A DNA stretch of 64,000 nucleotides from an uncultured Pseudomonadales bacterium (lineage in GTDB: Bacteria; Patescibacteriota; Microgenomatia; UBA1400; PJMF01). Positions 16,970 through 26,392 of this stretch are shown piece after piece. Under the pieces are notes generated by a model, which was not told the origin of the DNA, made no database searches, and saw only the letters and a program-made list of their open reading frames with translations. The position numbers and the translations under genes were made by a program. Location: positions 3,021 through 67,020 of the forward strand of contig CAYPPX010000003.1 in assembly GCA_964412775.1 (NCBI GenBank), given 5' to 3'. How positions within the stretch are numbered: the first letter of the stretch is position 1; each line of letters begins with the position of its first letter.

Positions 16970-17966
16970 GAGAGAATTATCTCTAGACTGTTTAAATAAA
17001 GCAAATTTTATGACTAAATTACAGCAACAACTTCGAGCTAAATTCCCTGATTATCACTTTGAATTTGATCTGGTTATGGCCGAAAAAACCTATTTCAAAC
17101 TAGGTGGTCCAGCAGAAGTTTATATTGAACTAAGTGATAGAAATCAAATTTCAGCTTTAATTAAATGGTGCCAACAAGAACAGGTAGCTTTTAAGTTACT
17201 TGGTGGTGGTAGTAATATTATTGTGGCTGACGAAGGTATTAAGGGTTTATTAATTAAGGTAGCTTTCGCTGAGATTAAATTATTATCAGCAGAAAATCCA
17301 GGTAAGTTTTTGATTGGTGCTGGGGCTAGAACTGCTGCTGCAGTTAGAAAAACAATTGACCATGAATATACTGGTTTGGAGTATTTTCTAGGTGTACCAG
17401 GGACAATTGGTGGTGCTGTTTACAATAATGCTCACTATTTAGAAGACTTAATTGGTCAACATATTTCTAGGGTTGAGGTGATCAACCAACAAGGTGAGTT
17501 TGTTTGGTTAGACCAAACGGAATGTGAGTTCGCCTATGATAGTTCTAGATTTCAAAAAACCAAAGAAGTGATTTACCAAGTTGAGTTTACCCTAGCTAAG
17601 GGTGATAAAGAAAACTCATTGGCTTTGGTCAAAAAAGCGACTGAGTACCGAGCTAAAACTCAACCGTTGGGAATGCCTAGCTCGGGTTGCATTTTCCAAA
17701 ATGTGCCTAATAATGAACATCTCAAACAACTTTTTCCTCAATTCGCTGAGCGCCAACATGTGCCTGGTGGTTTTTTAATCGATCAAGCTGGACTTAAAGG
17801 AGCAAGTGAAGGTGATATTCAGGTGAGTGATAAACATGCGGCTTTTTTTGTTAATCATGGCACTGGCAGTGCCGCTGAAGTAAAAAAATTAATTGAAAGA
17901 GTAAAAGCTATCGTCAAAGCTAAATTTGACGTTGAACTTAAAGAAGAAGTATTTTGGCTAGCTTAA
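16968..17966 (+). CDS. murB: UDP-N-acetylenolpyruvoylglucosamine reductase
   Basis: FAD-binding N-terminus (YFKLGGPAEVY, LGGGSNII) and C-terminal MurB domain (GCIFQN). The annotated start overlaps the truB start on the opposite strand; an alternative start is M at 17010. Confidence 0.8.
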   Translation: MRELSLDCLNKANFMTKLQQQLRAKFPDYHFEFDLVMAEKTYFKLGGPAEVYIELSDRNQISALIKWCQQEQVAFKLLGGGSNIIVADEGIKGLLIKVAFAEIKLLSAENPGKFLIGAGARTAAAVRKTIDHEYTGLEYFLGVPGTIGGAVYNNAHYLEDLIGQHISRVEVINQQGEFVWLDQTECEFAYDSSRFQKTKEVIYQVEFTLAKGDKENSLALVKKATEYRAKTQPLGMPSSGCIFQNVPNNEHLKQLFPQFAERQHVPGGFLIDQAGLKGASEGDIQVSDKHAAFFVNHGTGSAAEVKKLIERVKAIVKAKFDVELKEEVFWLA

Positions 17967-17989
17967 AACTAGTTTAGAAAGAGTGACTT

Positions 17990-19327
17990 ATGAAAAAAGG
18001 TCAGACATCTTTTGTAGTTACTGGTGGCACTCCACTTAGAGGGAGTGTTCGGGTAAGTGGGGCAAAAAATGCTTCTTATAAATTGATGGTGGCAGCTCTG
18101 CTTGGTGATGAAGAGTCTAGAATCTTAAACTTACCCGCTATCTCTGATGTAGCGATGGTCGGTGAGGTAATTTCAACCTTGGGTGCGGAAGCTAGGCCAG
18201 CAGGAGAAGGAACTTATTTAATTAATCCTCAAGGATTAAATACTTTTTCTTTAGGGAAACAGTATGGTGAAGTGTCTCGGGCCTCAACTATTTTTATTGC
18301 TCCTCTACTCTGCAAGTTTGGTGAGGCTAGAGTGCCTATGCCAGGTGGCGATAAAATTGGTAAGCGACCTTTGGATAGACATTTTGATGGTTTGAAGAAA
18401 ATGGGAGCAAGTTTTGAACAAGAAGATGGCATGCTGATTGTCAAAGCAGAACAATTGGTTGGGACTAGATATAAATTTGCTAAAAACACTCATACTGGTA
18501 CTGAGACTTTGATTATGGCTGCTGTTAGAGCAAAAGGGGTGACTTACCTAGAAAATGCAGCTTTAGAACCAGAAATTGATGATTTGATTGATTTTTTAAA
18601 TGGTATGGGGGCAAAAATTAGAAGGACAGCTCACAAAACTATTGAGATTCATGGTGTTGATAAACTGGGGGGGACTATTCATCGAGTTATGCCAGATCGT
18701 AATGAGGCAGTTAGTTATGCTTGTGCAGCCATTGCTTCTAAAGGTGACATTATTGTTGAAAATGCTCGCGAGAAAGACTTAATTGCTTTTTTGGAAAAAC
18801 TAGATGAAATTGGGGCTGGCTATGAGGTTGGTGATTATGGCATTCGTTTCTTTTATAAAGGCGAACTTAAAGCAACTGATTTATTGACCGAAATTCACCC
18901 TGGGTTTATGACCGACTGGCAACCTCTGTGGGCAACCTTAGTTTGTCACGCTCATGGTACTAGTACAATTCATGAAACAGTGATGCAAAATCGTTTTCAA
19001 TATGTTGATGTTTTACGCCAAATGGGGGCAAAAATCGAAGAATATACACCTGAATTACCTACTGATCCAGAAGAGTTTTATAACTTTAATTGGTCAGATC
19101 GTAAAGACAGTGATATTAGAGCGATCAAGATTACTGGTCCAACTGAGTTTCATGGTGGTGAGTTTGAAGTTCATGACTTGAGAGCCGGAGCAACAGTCAT
19201 GTTAGCAGCAATTAGTGGTCAAGGGGAAACGATTCTACATAATGTTGAGCAGATTGAACGTGGCTATTCCAAGATTGACCAAAAGCTAGTTTCAATGGGG
19301 GCTAAAATTAAACGAGTCGAAGACTAA
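17990..19327 (+). CDS. murA: UDP-N-acetylglucosamine 1-carboxyvinyltransferase
   Basis: EPSP-synthase fold. VSGAKNA near the N-terminus and the catalytic-loop region are conserved. 445 aa. Confidence 0.9.
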   Translation: MKKGQTSFVVTGGTPLRGSVRVSGAKNASYKLMVAALLGDEESRILNLPAISDVAMVGEVISTLGAEARPAGEGTYLINPQGLNTFSLGKQYGEVSRASTIFIAPLLCKFGEARVPMPGGDKIGKRPLDRHFDGLKKMGASFEQEDGMLIVKAEQLVGTRYKFAKNTHTGTETLIMAAVRAKGVTYLENAALEPEIDDLIDFLNGMGAKIRRTAHKTIEIHGVDKLGGTIHRVMPDRNEAVSYACAAIASKGDIIVENAREKDLIAFLEKLDEIGAGYEVGDYGIRFFYKGELKATDLLTEIHPGFMTDWQPLWATLVCHAHGTSTIHETVMQNRFQYVDVLRQMGAKIEEYTPELPTDPEEFYNFNWSDRKDSDIRAIKITGPTEFHGGEFEVHDLRAGATVMLAAISGQGETILHNVEQIERGYSKIDQKLVSMGAKIKRVED

Positions 19328-19349
19328 AAAATAGTTTACAATTTAAGTT

Positions 19350-20393
19350 ATGGGTTCATTAGCTTTATTTTTAGGTTTATTAATTTTTTCGTTTATCAGT
19401 ACGAGCATTGTGATTGTGCCGTTTATTGACTTGCTCTATCATCTAAAATTTCAACGAGCCAAGCAACAGACTAGAGATGTTTTTGGTAAATTAACCCCAA
19501 TCTTTGATAAATTTCATGGTAAAAAAGCGGGTGTACCAGTTGGTGGAGGGCTGTTAGTGATTTTGGTTGTTTCGATTCTGTTTGCCTTATTTTTACCTCT
19601 AATGGATTTGTTCGGGATTGATGTAACCAGTGTTTACTCAGCAACTTCAGCAGAAGTAAATGTAATTTTCTTTACTTTTTTGTCTTTTGGTATTTTGGGC
19701 TTATATGATGATATTAAGAAGTTTTTTGGTTTTGAAAAAGAAAAATTTTTTGGCTTAAAGGCTCCTTTTAAACTATTTTTACAATTTGTGCTGGCATTGA
19801 TTATTTCTTTAATGATTTATTTTCAACTTGGTATCTCGATTTTATATATTCCCTTTATTGGGACTTTTAACTTGGGAATTTTTTATATTCCTTTTGCAAT
19901 TTTTGTGATTATTTCTTTTGCTAACGCTGTCAATATTACTGATGGTTTAGATGGTTTGGCCTCTGGAGTATTGATGATTTCTTTATTTGGTTTGTGGTTT
20001 TTATCAGCTTCTATCTTGGATGTGCCATTATCGCTATTTTTATCGTTATGGATTGGTTCTTTAGTGTCATTTCTCTACTTCAATGTTTATCCAGCTAGAA
20101 TGTTTATGGGTGACGTGGGTGCTTTGGCTTTTGGAGCTACTTTGGGTGTGGTTGGTTTATTATTGGGTAAGGTGGTAGCTCTAGGCATTATTGGTTTTGT
20201 ATTTGTTTTTGAAGTAGCTACTTCTTTGATGCAGATTATTGCTCGAGTGTTTTGGAAGAAAAAACTTTTTCCAGCAGCTCCATTCCACCTGACTCTCCAA
20301 GCTCATGGTTGGGAAGAACCAAAGATTGTGCAAAGAGTTTGGCTGATGCAGATTATGTTGACTCTCTTTGGGGTGTGGTTAGCTGTGATTTAG
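19350..20393 (+). CDS. mraY: phospho-N-acetylmuramoyl-pentapeptide transferase
   Basis: NAVNITDGLDGLA motif, about 10 TM helices, position inside the dcw cluster. Confidence 0.9.
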   Translation: MGSLALFLGLLIFSFISTSIVIVPFIDLLYHLKFQRAKQQTRDVFGKLTPIFDKFHGKKAGVPVGGGLLVILVVSILFALFLPLMDLFGIDVTSVYSATSAEVNVIFFTFLSFGILGLYDDIKKFFGFEKEKFFGLKAPFKLFLQFVLALIISLMIYFQLGISILYIPFIGTFNLGIFYIPFAIFVIISFANAVNITDGLDGLASGVLMISLFGLWFLSASILDVPLSLFLSLWIGSLVSFLYFNVYPARMFMGDVGALAFGATLGVVGLLLGKVVALGIIGFVFVFEVATSLMQIIARVFWKKKLFPAAPFHLTLQAHGWEEPKIVQRVWLMQIMLTLFGVWLAVI

Positions 20394-20399
20394 CTCGCT

Positions 20400-21539
20400 A
20401 TGAAATCAGATTTATTGCAAAAACCAAAACATAAAAGTGTTTTTTCTTTGGAAAATTTGATTTTTTCATTAAGTTTGGTTTTGTCTTTAATTGGTTTGTT
20501 TTTTGTTTTTGAAGCTTCAACCGCTGAAAGTTATCAGTTGGTGGGTCATCAATATCATTTTTTGCAACAACAGGCTATTGCTTTAGTTTTGGGTTTGGTA
20601 GTAGCAGTGATAATTAAGTATTGGCCTTGGAGATTTTGGCAACAAGCTGCACCAGTTTTATTTTTAATGGGTTTAGGTTTATTGATTTTGGTTTTGATCC
20701 CTGGTTTTGGGGTTGAGTTAAATGGAGCCAAAAGATGGTTTTTGTTGGGTGGCAGAGTTTTTCAACCTGTCGAGATTTTTAAGTTTTTGTTAATTTTATT
20801 TTCTGCTCAGTGGATGGTTAAAAATCCCAAGCCTCAGTCATTTTTATTTTTTACAGGAATTTTTTCTTTATTATTATTGTTACAGCCAGATATGGGGTCA
20901 TTATTGATTTTGTTATTTATTAGTTTTGGGATGTTTTTTTTGGCTGGTGGGCATTTAGGGTTTTTGACCGGTATTAGCTTTTTGGGTATTGGTTTGTTAT
21001 TTATAGCAATTTTGTTATCACCCTATCGTTTACAACGCTTAACTACTTATCTCGATCCTAGTAAAGATCCACTTGGGACCGGTTTTCATGTTAGACAAAT
21101 CACTCTTGCTTTGGGGCATGGTGGTTGGTTCGGAGTGGGAATTGGCAATTCTCAGCAAAAACACTCATATATTCCAGAGGCTAGCACAGATTCTATTTTT
21201 GCGATTGTGGCTGAAGAGTTGGGTTTTGTTGGGTCAACTTTGATTATTTTTTTAATGATTTTTTATCTATTTTTAATTTATAAGTTAGCTACTTCATTAC
21301 CAGAAAGAAGCTTTGAACAATTATTAGTTTTTGGTATTTTATTATGGTTTGGTGGACAAATTTTATTGAATATCTCTGCAGTAGTTGCCTTGGTACCACT
21401 AACTGGTTTACCATTGCCGTTTTTTTCTTATGGAGGAACTTCTTTACTAACAAATTTTATGGGTGTTGGTTTGTTAATGGCAGTGATTAGAGCACAGAAA
21501 ACCCACCTACAGCAAGGAATTAGAAAAAAGGTACAATAA
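20400..21539 (+). CDS. ftsW: SEDS-family peptidoglycan glycosyltransferase FtsW
   Basis: SEDS motifs IPEASTDSIFA, LGFVG and PLPFFSYGGTSL. Located between mraY and murG. Confidence 0.85.
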   Translation: MKSDLLQKPKHKSVFSLENLIFSLSLVLSLIGLFFVFEASTAESYQLVGHQYHFLQQQAIALVLGLVVAVIIKYWPWRFWQQAAPVLFLMGLGLLILVLIPGFGVELNGAKRWFLLGGRVFQPVEIFKFLLILFSAQWMVKNPKPQSFLFFTGIFSLLLLLQPDMGSLLILLFISFGMFFLAGGHLGFLTGISFLGIGLLFIAILLSPYRLQRLTTYLDPSKDPLGTGFHVRQITLALGHGGWFGVGIGNSQQKHSYIPEASTDSIFAIVAEELGFVGSTLIIFLMIFYLFLIYKLATSLPERSFEQLLVFGILLWFGGQILLNISAVVALVPLTGLPLPFFSYGGTSLLTNFMGVGLLMAVIRAQKTHLQQGIRKKVQ

Positions 21540-21543
21540 AGCC

Positions 21544-22662
21544 ATGAAAATATTAATTACTGGCGGTCACTTGACTCCAGCTCTGAGTTTGATTGATTGG
21601 CTAAAAGTAAATCAACCGGCAGAAAAGATTGTCTTTGTGGGCCGTGATTTTAGTCAAGATTTGTTGAAACAAGAAGCTGTTGAAAGATACGAGCTAGAGA
21701 AAAGACAGATTAAGTTTATTTCTTTTTCAGCAGTAAGGTTGGGTAATTATTTCTTACTTCATTTTCTTTCTGAGTTTGTCCGTTTTTTTAAAACTGTTAA
21801 AGAAGCAAAATTAATTTTAAAAACTGAAAAGATTGATGTTTTTGTGAGTTTTGGTGGTTATGTGGCCGTGCCATTTGCTATAGCTGCTTTTTTTAGCAGA
21901 ATTCCAATAATTACCCATGAGCAAACTCTGACAGTTGGCTTTGCCAATAAGTTAATTGGTCTTTTAGCCCAAAAAGTAGCTGTTTCTTTTGATGAAACAA
22001 AGCAATCCTTTTCTAAGAGTAAAGTAGTTAAAACTGGTAATTTATTGAGAGCTGGAGTTTTTTCCAAGCAACAACGCCAACCTGATTGGTTAAAAAACAA
22101 CCAGTTACCAATCTTATTAGTGATGGGTGGTAATCAGGGTTCTAAAGCCTTAAATGAGTTAATTTTAGAAAACCTCCCAGAATTAGCAACAACTTGGACG
22201 ATTGTTCACCAGTGTGGTAAACCAACTTTGCAGAGAGACTATAAGCATGTTTTTGAGCTAGCAATTTCTCACTTAGAGACCAAAGACCAAGCTAATGTTT
22301 ATGTCCACGAATGGTTGGATGACCAAGATTTATTTTGGCTGTATCGAAAAGCCTTGGCAGCTATCTCCAGATCTGGAGCCAACTCAGTTCAAGAATTAGC
22401 TGTAGCAGGTTTGCCTACTATTTTTGTACCGTTACCAACAGCTCATCATAATGAGCAATATAAAAATGCCAAGTGGTTGGTTGATCAAGGAGCAGCTATT
22501 TTAGTTGAACAAACTGCTTTGAATAAGGAAAAACTTTTTGCTTCATTAGACAAGGTTGTAGCTCATAATCAAGAAATGAGAGCTAACTTAGCCAAATTAA
22601 AATTTAATCAACAGGCGCCCAAACAATTATATGAATTGATATTGGAAGTCACTAAATCGTGA
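21544..22662 (+). CDS. murG: undecaprenyldiphospho-muramoylpentapeptide beta-N-acetylglucosaminyltransferase
   Basis: GT28 fold. N-terminal ILITGGHLTPAL, C-terminal VMGGNQGS and the donor-binding region. Confidence 0.85.
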   Translation: MKILITGGHLTPALSLIDWLKVNQPAEKIVFVGRDFSQDLLKQEAVERYELEKRQIKFISFSAVRLGNYFLLHFLSEFVRFFKTVKEAKLILKTEKIDVFVSFGGYVAVPFAIAAFFSRIPIITHEQTLTVGFANKLIGLLAQKVAVSFDETKQSFSKSKVVKTGNLLRAGVFSKQQRQPDWLKNNQLPILLVMGGNQGSKALNELILENLPELATTWTIVHQCGKPTLQRDYKHVFELAISHLETKDQANVYVHEWLDDQDLFWLYRKALAAISRSGANSVQELAVAGLPTIFVPLPTAHHNEQYKNAKWLVDQGAAILVEQTALNKEKLFASLDKVVAHNQEMRANLAKLKFNQQAPKQLYELILEVTKS

Positions 22663-23399
22663 AAACTAGCTTACGTTTTATTTTGAGTTTTTTAGGACTA
22701 ATTGCTGGGATTATTTTTTTTGTTTTTTACCTAAAAATTAATCAAGTTGAGTGTTTTATAAGTGGTTCAGTGCAACAAAATTCTCAGGTTTGTCAACAAT
22801 TACAAGTTTTATTAGGGACTAGGTTGTTATTTAGAGATTTAACTGCTGACTCAGTGGTTAATACAGCAACAGTGATTAGTAGTACTAATGAAGTTTTTGT
22901 GGTAGATAAAGTTACTACTTCTCTTGGTGGTCAGGTGGTTTTTTATTTGACTCAAACCGAGCCACTTTATCGTTATGCCCAGGCAAGTGAAAAAAAGATT
23001 TTTACTGAATCTAGTCAAAGTAGAACTGATGATCCGATGTTAGTTCTGCCTGAAGTAATAGATCAACAGCAACTTTTTATGGTTGATTTTAATAATTATC
23101 ATTTTTTTATTGTTAATTTTTTAAAAACTTTAGGCACAGAAAAAACCATCATTAAAGAAATTGTTTTTATATCAAAAAACCAAGTTAAACTAGTCATTGA
23201 TAACTATCCAAGTTTTATAATTGATCCAGCTCAAGATCCAATTATTCAAGCTAAAAAATTTCAGATTATTTACCATCAATTAAGTCCAAAAGAAATTGAT
23301 ATATTAATCCAAGAAATTGATCTTAGATTTGAGTTGCCAGTTTTAAAAACTTATGAGAGTAGTAATTCGGCAGAACTTCTCATCGACAGTCAGGAGTAA
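22659..23399 (+). CDS. ftsQ: FtsQ/DivIB-like cell division protein (putative)
   Basis: Single N-terminal TM helix followed by a beta-rich region. Synteny between murG and ftsA. 4-nt overlap with murG. Confidence 0.45.
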   Translation: MKTSLRFILSFLGLIAGIIFFVFYLKINQVECFISGSVQQNSQVCQQLQVLLGTRLLFRDLTADSVVNTATVISSTNEVFVVDKVTTSLGGQVVFYLTQTEPLYRYAQASEKKIFTESSQSRTDDPMLVLPEVIDQQQLFMVDFNNYHFFIVNFLKTLGTEKTIIKEIVFISKNQVKLVIDNYPSFIIDPAQDPIIQAKKFQIIYHQLSPKEIDILIQEIDLRFELPVLKTYESSNSAELLIDSQE

Positions 23400-23422
23400 A
23401 TTTTGTATTATTAATTTTAACT

Positions 23423-24727
23423 ATGCCTAAAAAGAGAGTTATTGCTGCTATTGATCTTGGTACCGAGAAGTGCGTGACCTTGATTGCAGTCATCGATGAA
23501 GAAACCGGTGAATTAAAAGTTGTTGGTGTTTCAGCTGTTCCATCTAGAGGTATGAAGCGTAGTGTGATTGTTGATTTAGATCAAGTTCTCAATACGATTA
23601 GTCAAAGTTTGGATGCAGCTGAAAGAATGGCTGGTTTTGATGTTAAAAGTGTTTATCTGGCTGTTTCTGGAACTCATGTCTTATCGAAAAACTCCAAAGG
23701 GGTAGTGGCTGTCGCTGCTCCAGATCAGGAAATTACTCAAACCGATGTTGAACGAGTGATTGAAGCTGCTAGAGCAATTTCTTTACCAGCTGATCGTAAA
23801 ATCATGCATGTAATTCCTCGCGATTTTAAGGTTGATTCTCAAGAAGGGATTAAAGATCCAGTTGGTATGACTGGAGTCAGGCTTGAATCAGAAGCTCACA
23901 TTATTACTGGAATGAGTACGTCATTAAAAAATTTGGAAAAAGTGATTAATGATCTTGGTTTAGATGTTGATGGTTTTGTTTTTTCAGGTTTAGCTGCATC
24001 AGGCGTAGTATTAACTGAGACAGAAAAAGAGTTGGGAGCAATTGTGGTTGATATGGGTGCGGGAACAACTTCAATTTCAGCCTATGTTGATGGCGCTTTG
24101 GAATATTCTGGAGCCGTGCCAGTTGGGGCTAGACACATTACCCAAGATATTGCGTTGGGTTGCAGAATTAGTTTAGATAATGCCGAAAAAATTAAGATAA
24201 TTTTATCTGGAGAAGACTTTTCACCACCAAAACCAAGAGCCGGTGAATCTAAAGAAGATTTAAATAAACGTCGTAAAAAAGCTGATTCTTTGGATCTAAA
24301 TAAACATGGCATTCATGAAAGTGTTGATGAATTGTCAAAGAGAACTTTAGTTGAGGGAATTATGGTGCCAAGAATGAAAGAGATTTTTGAATTGATTAAA
24401 AAAGATTTGGTTAAACAAGATTTGTTGGGCAAAGTGCCATCTGGCATAATTTTATGTGGTGGTGGAGCTCATACTGTAGGAATGGTTGAAGTGGCTAAAA
24501 GAGTTTTTAATTTGCCAGTTAGAATTGGAGAGCCAGAAGAACTAAAAGGTTTAGTGGGAGATATTAAAGGTCCAGCTTATGCTACTAGTATTGGTTTACT
24601 GAAGTATGGCAAGGGTAAAGATGGTGGTAGTCAACAAGGTGCTAATATGGGCTCGATTTTAGAAAGCATCGATTTAAAAGGAATTGGTGATAAGATTAGA
24701 GGCTTATTAAAATCTGTTCTTCCTTAA
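23423..24727 (+). CDS. ftsA: cell division protein FtsA
   Basis: Actin-like ATPase: IAAIDLGTEK phosphate-1 motif, DMGAGTTS phosphate-2 motif, C-terminal amphipathic tail. Confidence 0.9.
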   Translation: MPKKRVIAAIDLGTEKCVTLIAVIDEETGELKVVGVSAVPSRGMKRSVIVDLDQVLNTISQSLDAAERMAGFDVKSVYLAVSGTHVLSKNSKGVVAVAAPDQEITQTDVERVIEAARAISLPADRKIMHVIPRDFKVDSQEGIKDPVGMTGVRLESEAHIITGMSTSLKNLEKVINDLGLDVDGFVFSGLAASGVVLTETEKELGAIVVDMGAGTTSISAYVDGALEYSGAVPVGARHITQDIALGCRISLDNAEKIKIILSGEDFSPPKPRAGESKEDLNKRRKKADSLDLNKHGIHESVDELSKRTLVEGIMVPRMKEIFELIKKDLVKQDLLGKVPSGIILCGGGAHTVGMVEVAKRVFNLPVRIGEPEELKGLVGDIKGPAYATSIGLLKYGKGKDGGSQQGANMGSILESIDLKGIGDKIRGLLKSVLP

Positions 24728-24842
24728 AATTGTCTGTTTACTTTATTTCTAAAATCAATTATGGTGTGTGTTACACTTTGATAGTATAAGTAATTAGTTT
24801 AGCCTACTATTCCAACTAATAGCAGGATAAGAAGCGAACAAC

Positions 24843-26141
24843 ATGGGATTAGTTAAACCTACAAATACAACTTTTGCCAAGATTAAAGTTATTGGTGTTG
24901 GTGGTGGTGGAGGGAATGCGGTTAACTCCATGGTTGAATCAAAACAAATCGATGGAGTTGAGTTTATTGCAGTCAATACTGATGCTCAAGCTTTGTTAAC
25001 TTCTAAGGCTGACACTAAGCTACAAATTGGCAGTAACTTTACTCGTGGCCTTGGAGCCGGAGCTGATCCAGAAGTTGGTCGAACTGCAGCCGAAGAAAGC
25101 CGAGAAAAACTTAAAGATTTACTGTTTGATACTGATATGGTGTTTATTACTGCTGGTATGGGTGGTGGTACTGGAACTGGTGCTTCACCGATTATTGCCG
25201 AGATTGCCAAAGAAGTTGGAGCTTTAACTGTTTCTGTGGTCACTAAGCCTTTTGCTTTTGAAGGTATTAGAAGAATGCAAACTGCTGAAGAAGGCATCGA
25301 GATTCTGTCTGAATCAGTCGACACCCTGATTGTTATTCCCAACCAAAGATTGATGGAAGTAGTCGATAAAAAAATGACTTTTTTAGATGCTTTCCGTTTG
25401 GCAGATAACGTTTTAGGTCAAGGTGTCAAAGGTATTTCTGATTTAATTACTAAACCTGGTTTGATTAACGTTGATTTTGCTGATGTTAGAACAATTATGC
25501 AAGATTCTGGTAGTGCTTTAATGGGTATTGGTGAGGCTTCTGGTGAAAACCGAGGTGTGACCGCTGCTCGCATGGCTATTTCCTCTCCTCTCTTGGAAGT
25601 TTCTGTTAATGGAGCCAAAGGTATTCTTTATACTGTTACTGGTGGTCCAGATATGACTATGACTGAAGTGTCTGATGCTTCTGCCATTATTGCTGATGCA
25701 GCTGATCCTGATGCAAACGTTATTTTTGGCGCTAATATCGAAGAAGATATGGGCAACAAAATTAAGATTAGTGTGATTGCGACTGGTTTTGATGAAAAAA
25801 TGTATGGTGCTGGTCAGCGTAGCATGTTTGGTTCATTTAGTCGTAACTCTTTCAAGAAAATTAGAGAAGACCAACCAGAATTAGATGAGAGTCCAACTAG
25901 TATCGATCGGGCTCCAGTTGGTTACACTCAACCACAAACTAAAAGTCAGGTAACAGGTAAGAATGATCTTGATGCTACTAGTCCATACGTTCAATCAGAT
26001 GCTTTTGGTAAAAAAGATTCTGCACAACTACAGGCTGAGGTCAAAGATGATGATCAAGATGGTCCAAGTGATGACTTGGGTGGTGGCGATGATTTTGATG
26101 ATGAATTTGAGATCCCAGCTTTTTTGAGACATCGTAAATAA
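24843..26141 (+). CDS. ftsZ: cell division protein FtsZ
   Basis: Tubulin signature [21 protein letters not shown]7 loop NVDFADV. Acidic, disordered C-terminal tail. Confidence 0.95.
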   Translation: MGLVKPTNTTFAKIKVIGVGGGGGNAVNSMVESKQIDGVEFIAVNTDAQALLTSKADTKLQIGSNFTRGLGAGADPEVGRTAAEESREKLKDLLFDTDMVFITAGMGGGTGTGASPIIAEIAKEVGALTVSVVTKPFAFEGIRRMQTAEEGIEILSESVDTLIVIPNQRLMEVVDKKMTFLDAFRLADNVLGQGVKGISDLITKPGLINVDFADVRTIMQDSGSALMGIGEASGENRGVTAARMAISSPLLEVSVNGAKGILYTVTGGPDMTMTEVSDASAIIADAADPDANVIFGANIEEDMGNKIKISVIATGFDEKMYGAGQRSMFGSFSRNSFKKIREDQPELDESPTSIDRAPVGYTQPQTKSQVTGKNDLDATSPYVQSDAFGKKDSAQLQAEVKDDDQDGPSDDLGGGDDFDDEFEIPAFLRHRK

Positions 26142-26172
26142 TTTTTCACTAAACTAGTTTTTATGGCCAATC

Positions 26173-26375
26173 TGTTATAATCGTTGTATTGTTTAAAATC
26201 GTTTGAGTTTGCTATCAACAAACAAGATGCTAGGAGAAATCTTTCATGAAAGTAGATCTAGCCGGGTAAGCCCGTAAGCGCAGGAAGTAAGTAACGAGAG
26301 GTTGGTACCTTTCCGCAATCCGGAAGCCTTTTCATTTGATACTAAGTTAGTATTAAGTGAAAAGGCTTTTTTAGT
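26173..26375 (+). promoter_or_regulatory. putative T-box leader for ileS, with extended -10 promoter TGTTATAAT at 26173-26181, AGGTTGGTACC T-box-like element and intrinsic terminator
   Basis: Leader contains AGAGGTTGGTACCTTTCCG, resembling the T-box core AGGGTGGNACCGCG. Its UGGU would pair with the A73 discriminator expected for tRNA-Ile. AUC triplets sit in a candidate specifier region. Terminator hairpin GAAGCCTTTTCA...TGAAAAGGCTTTTTT lies at about 26325-26372, just upstream of the ileS start. Confidence 0.45.
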
Positions 26376-26392
26376 AACTAATTAAGGAAATA

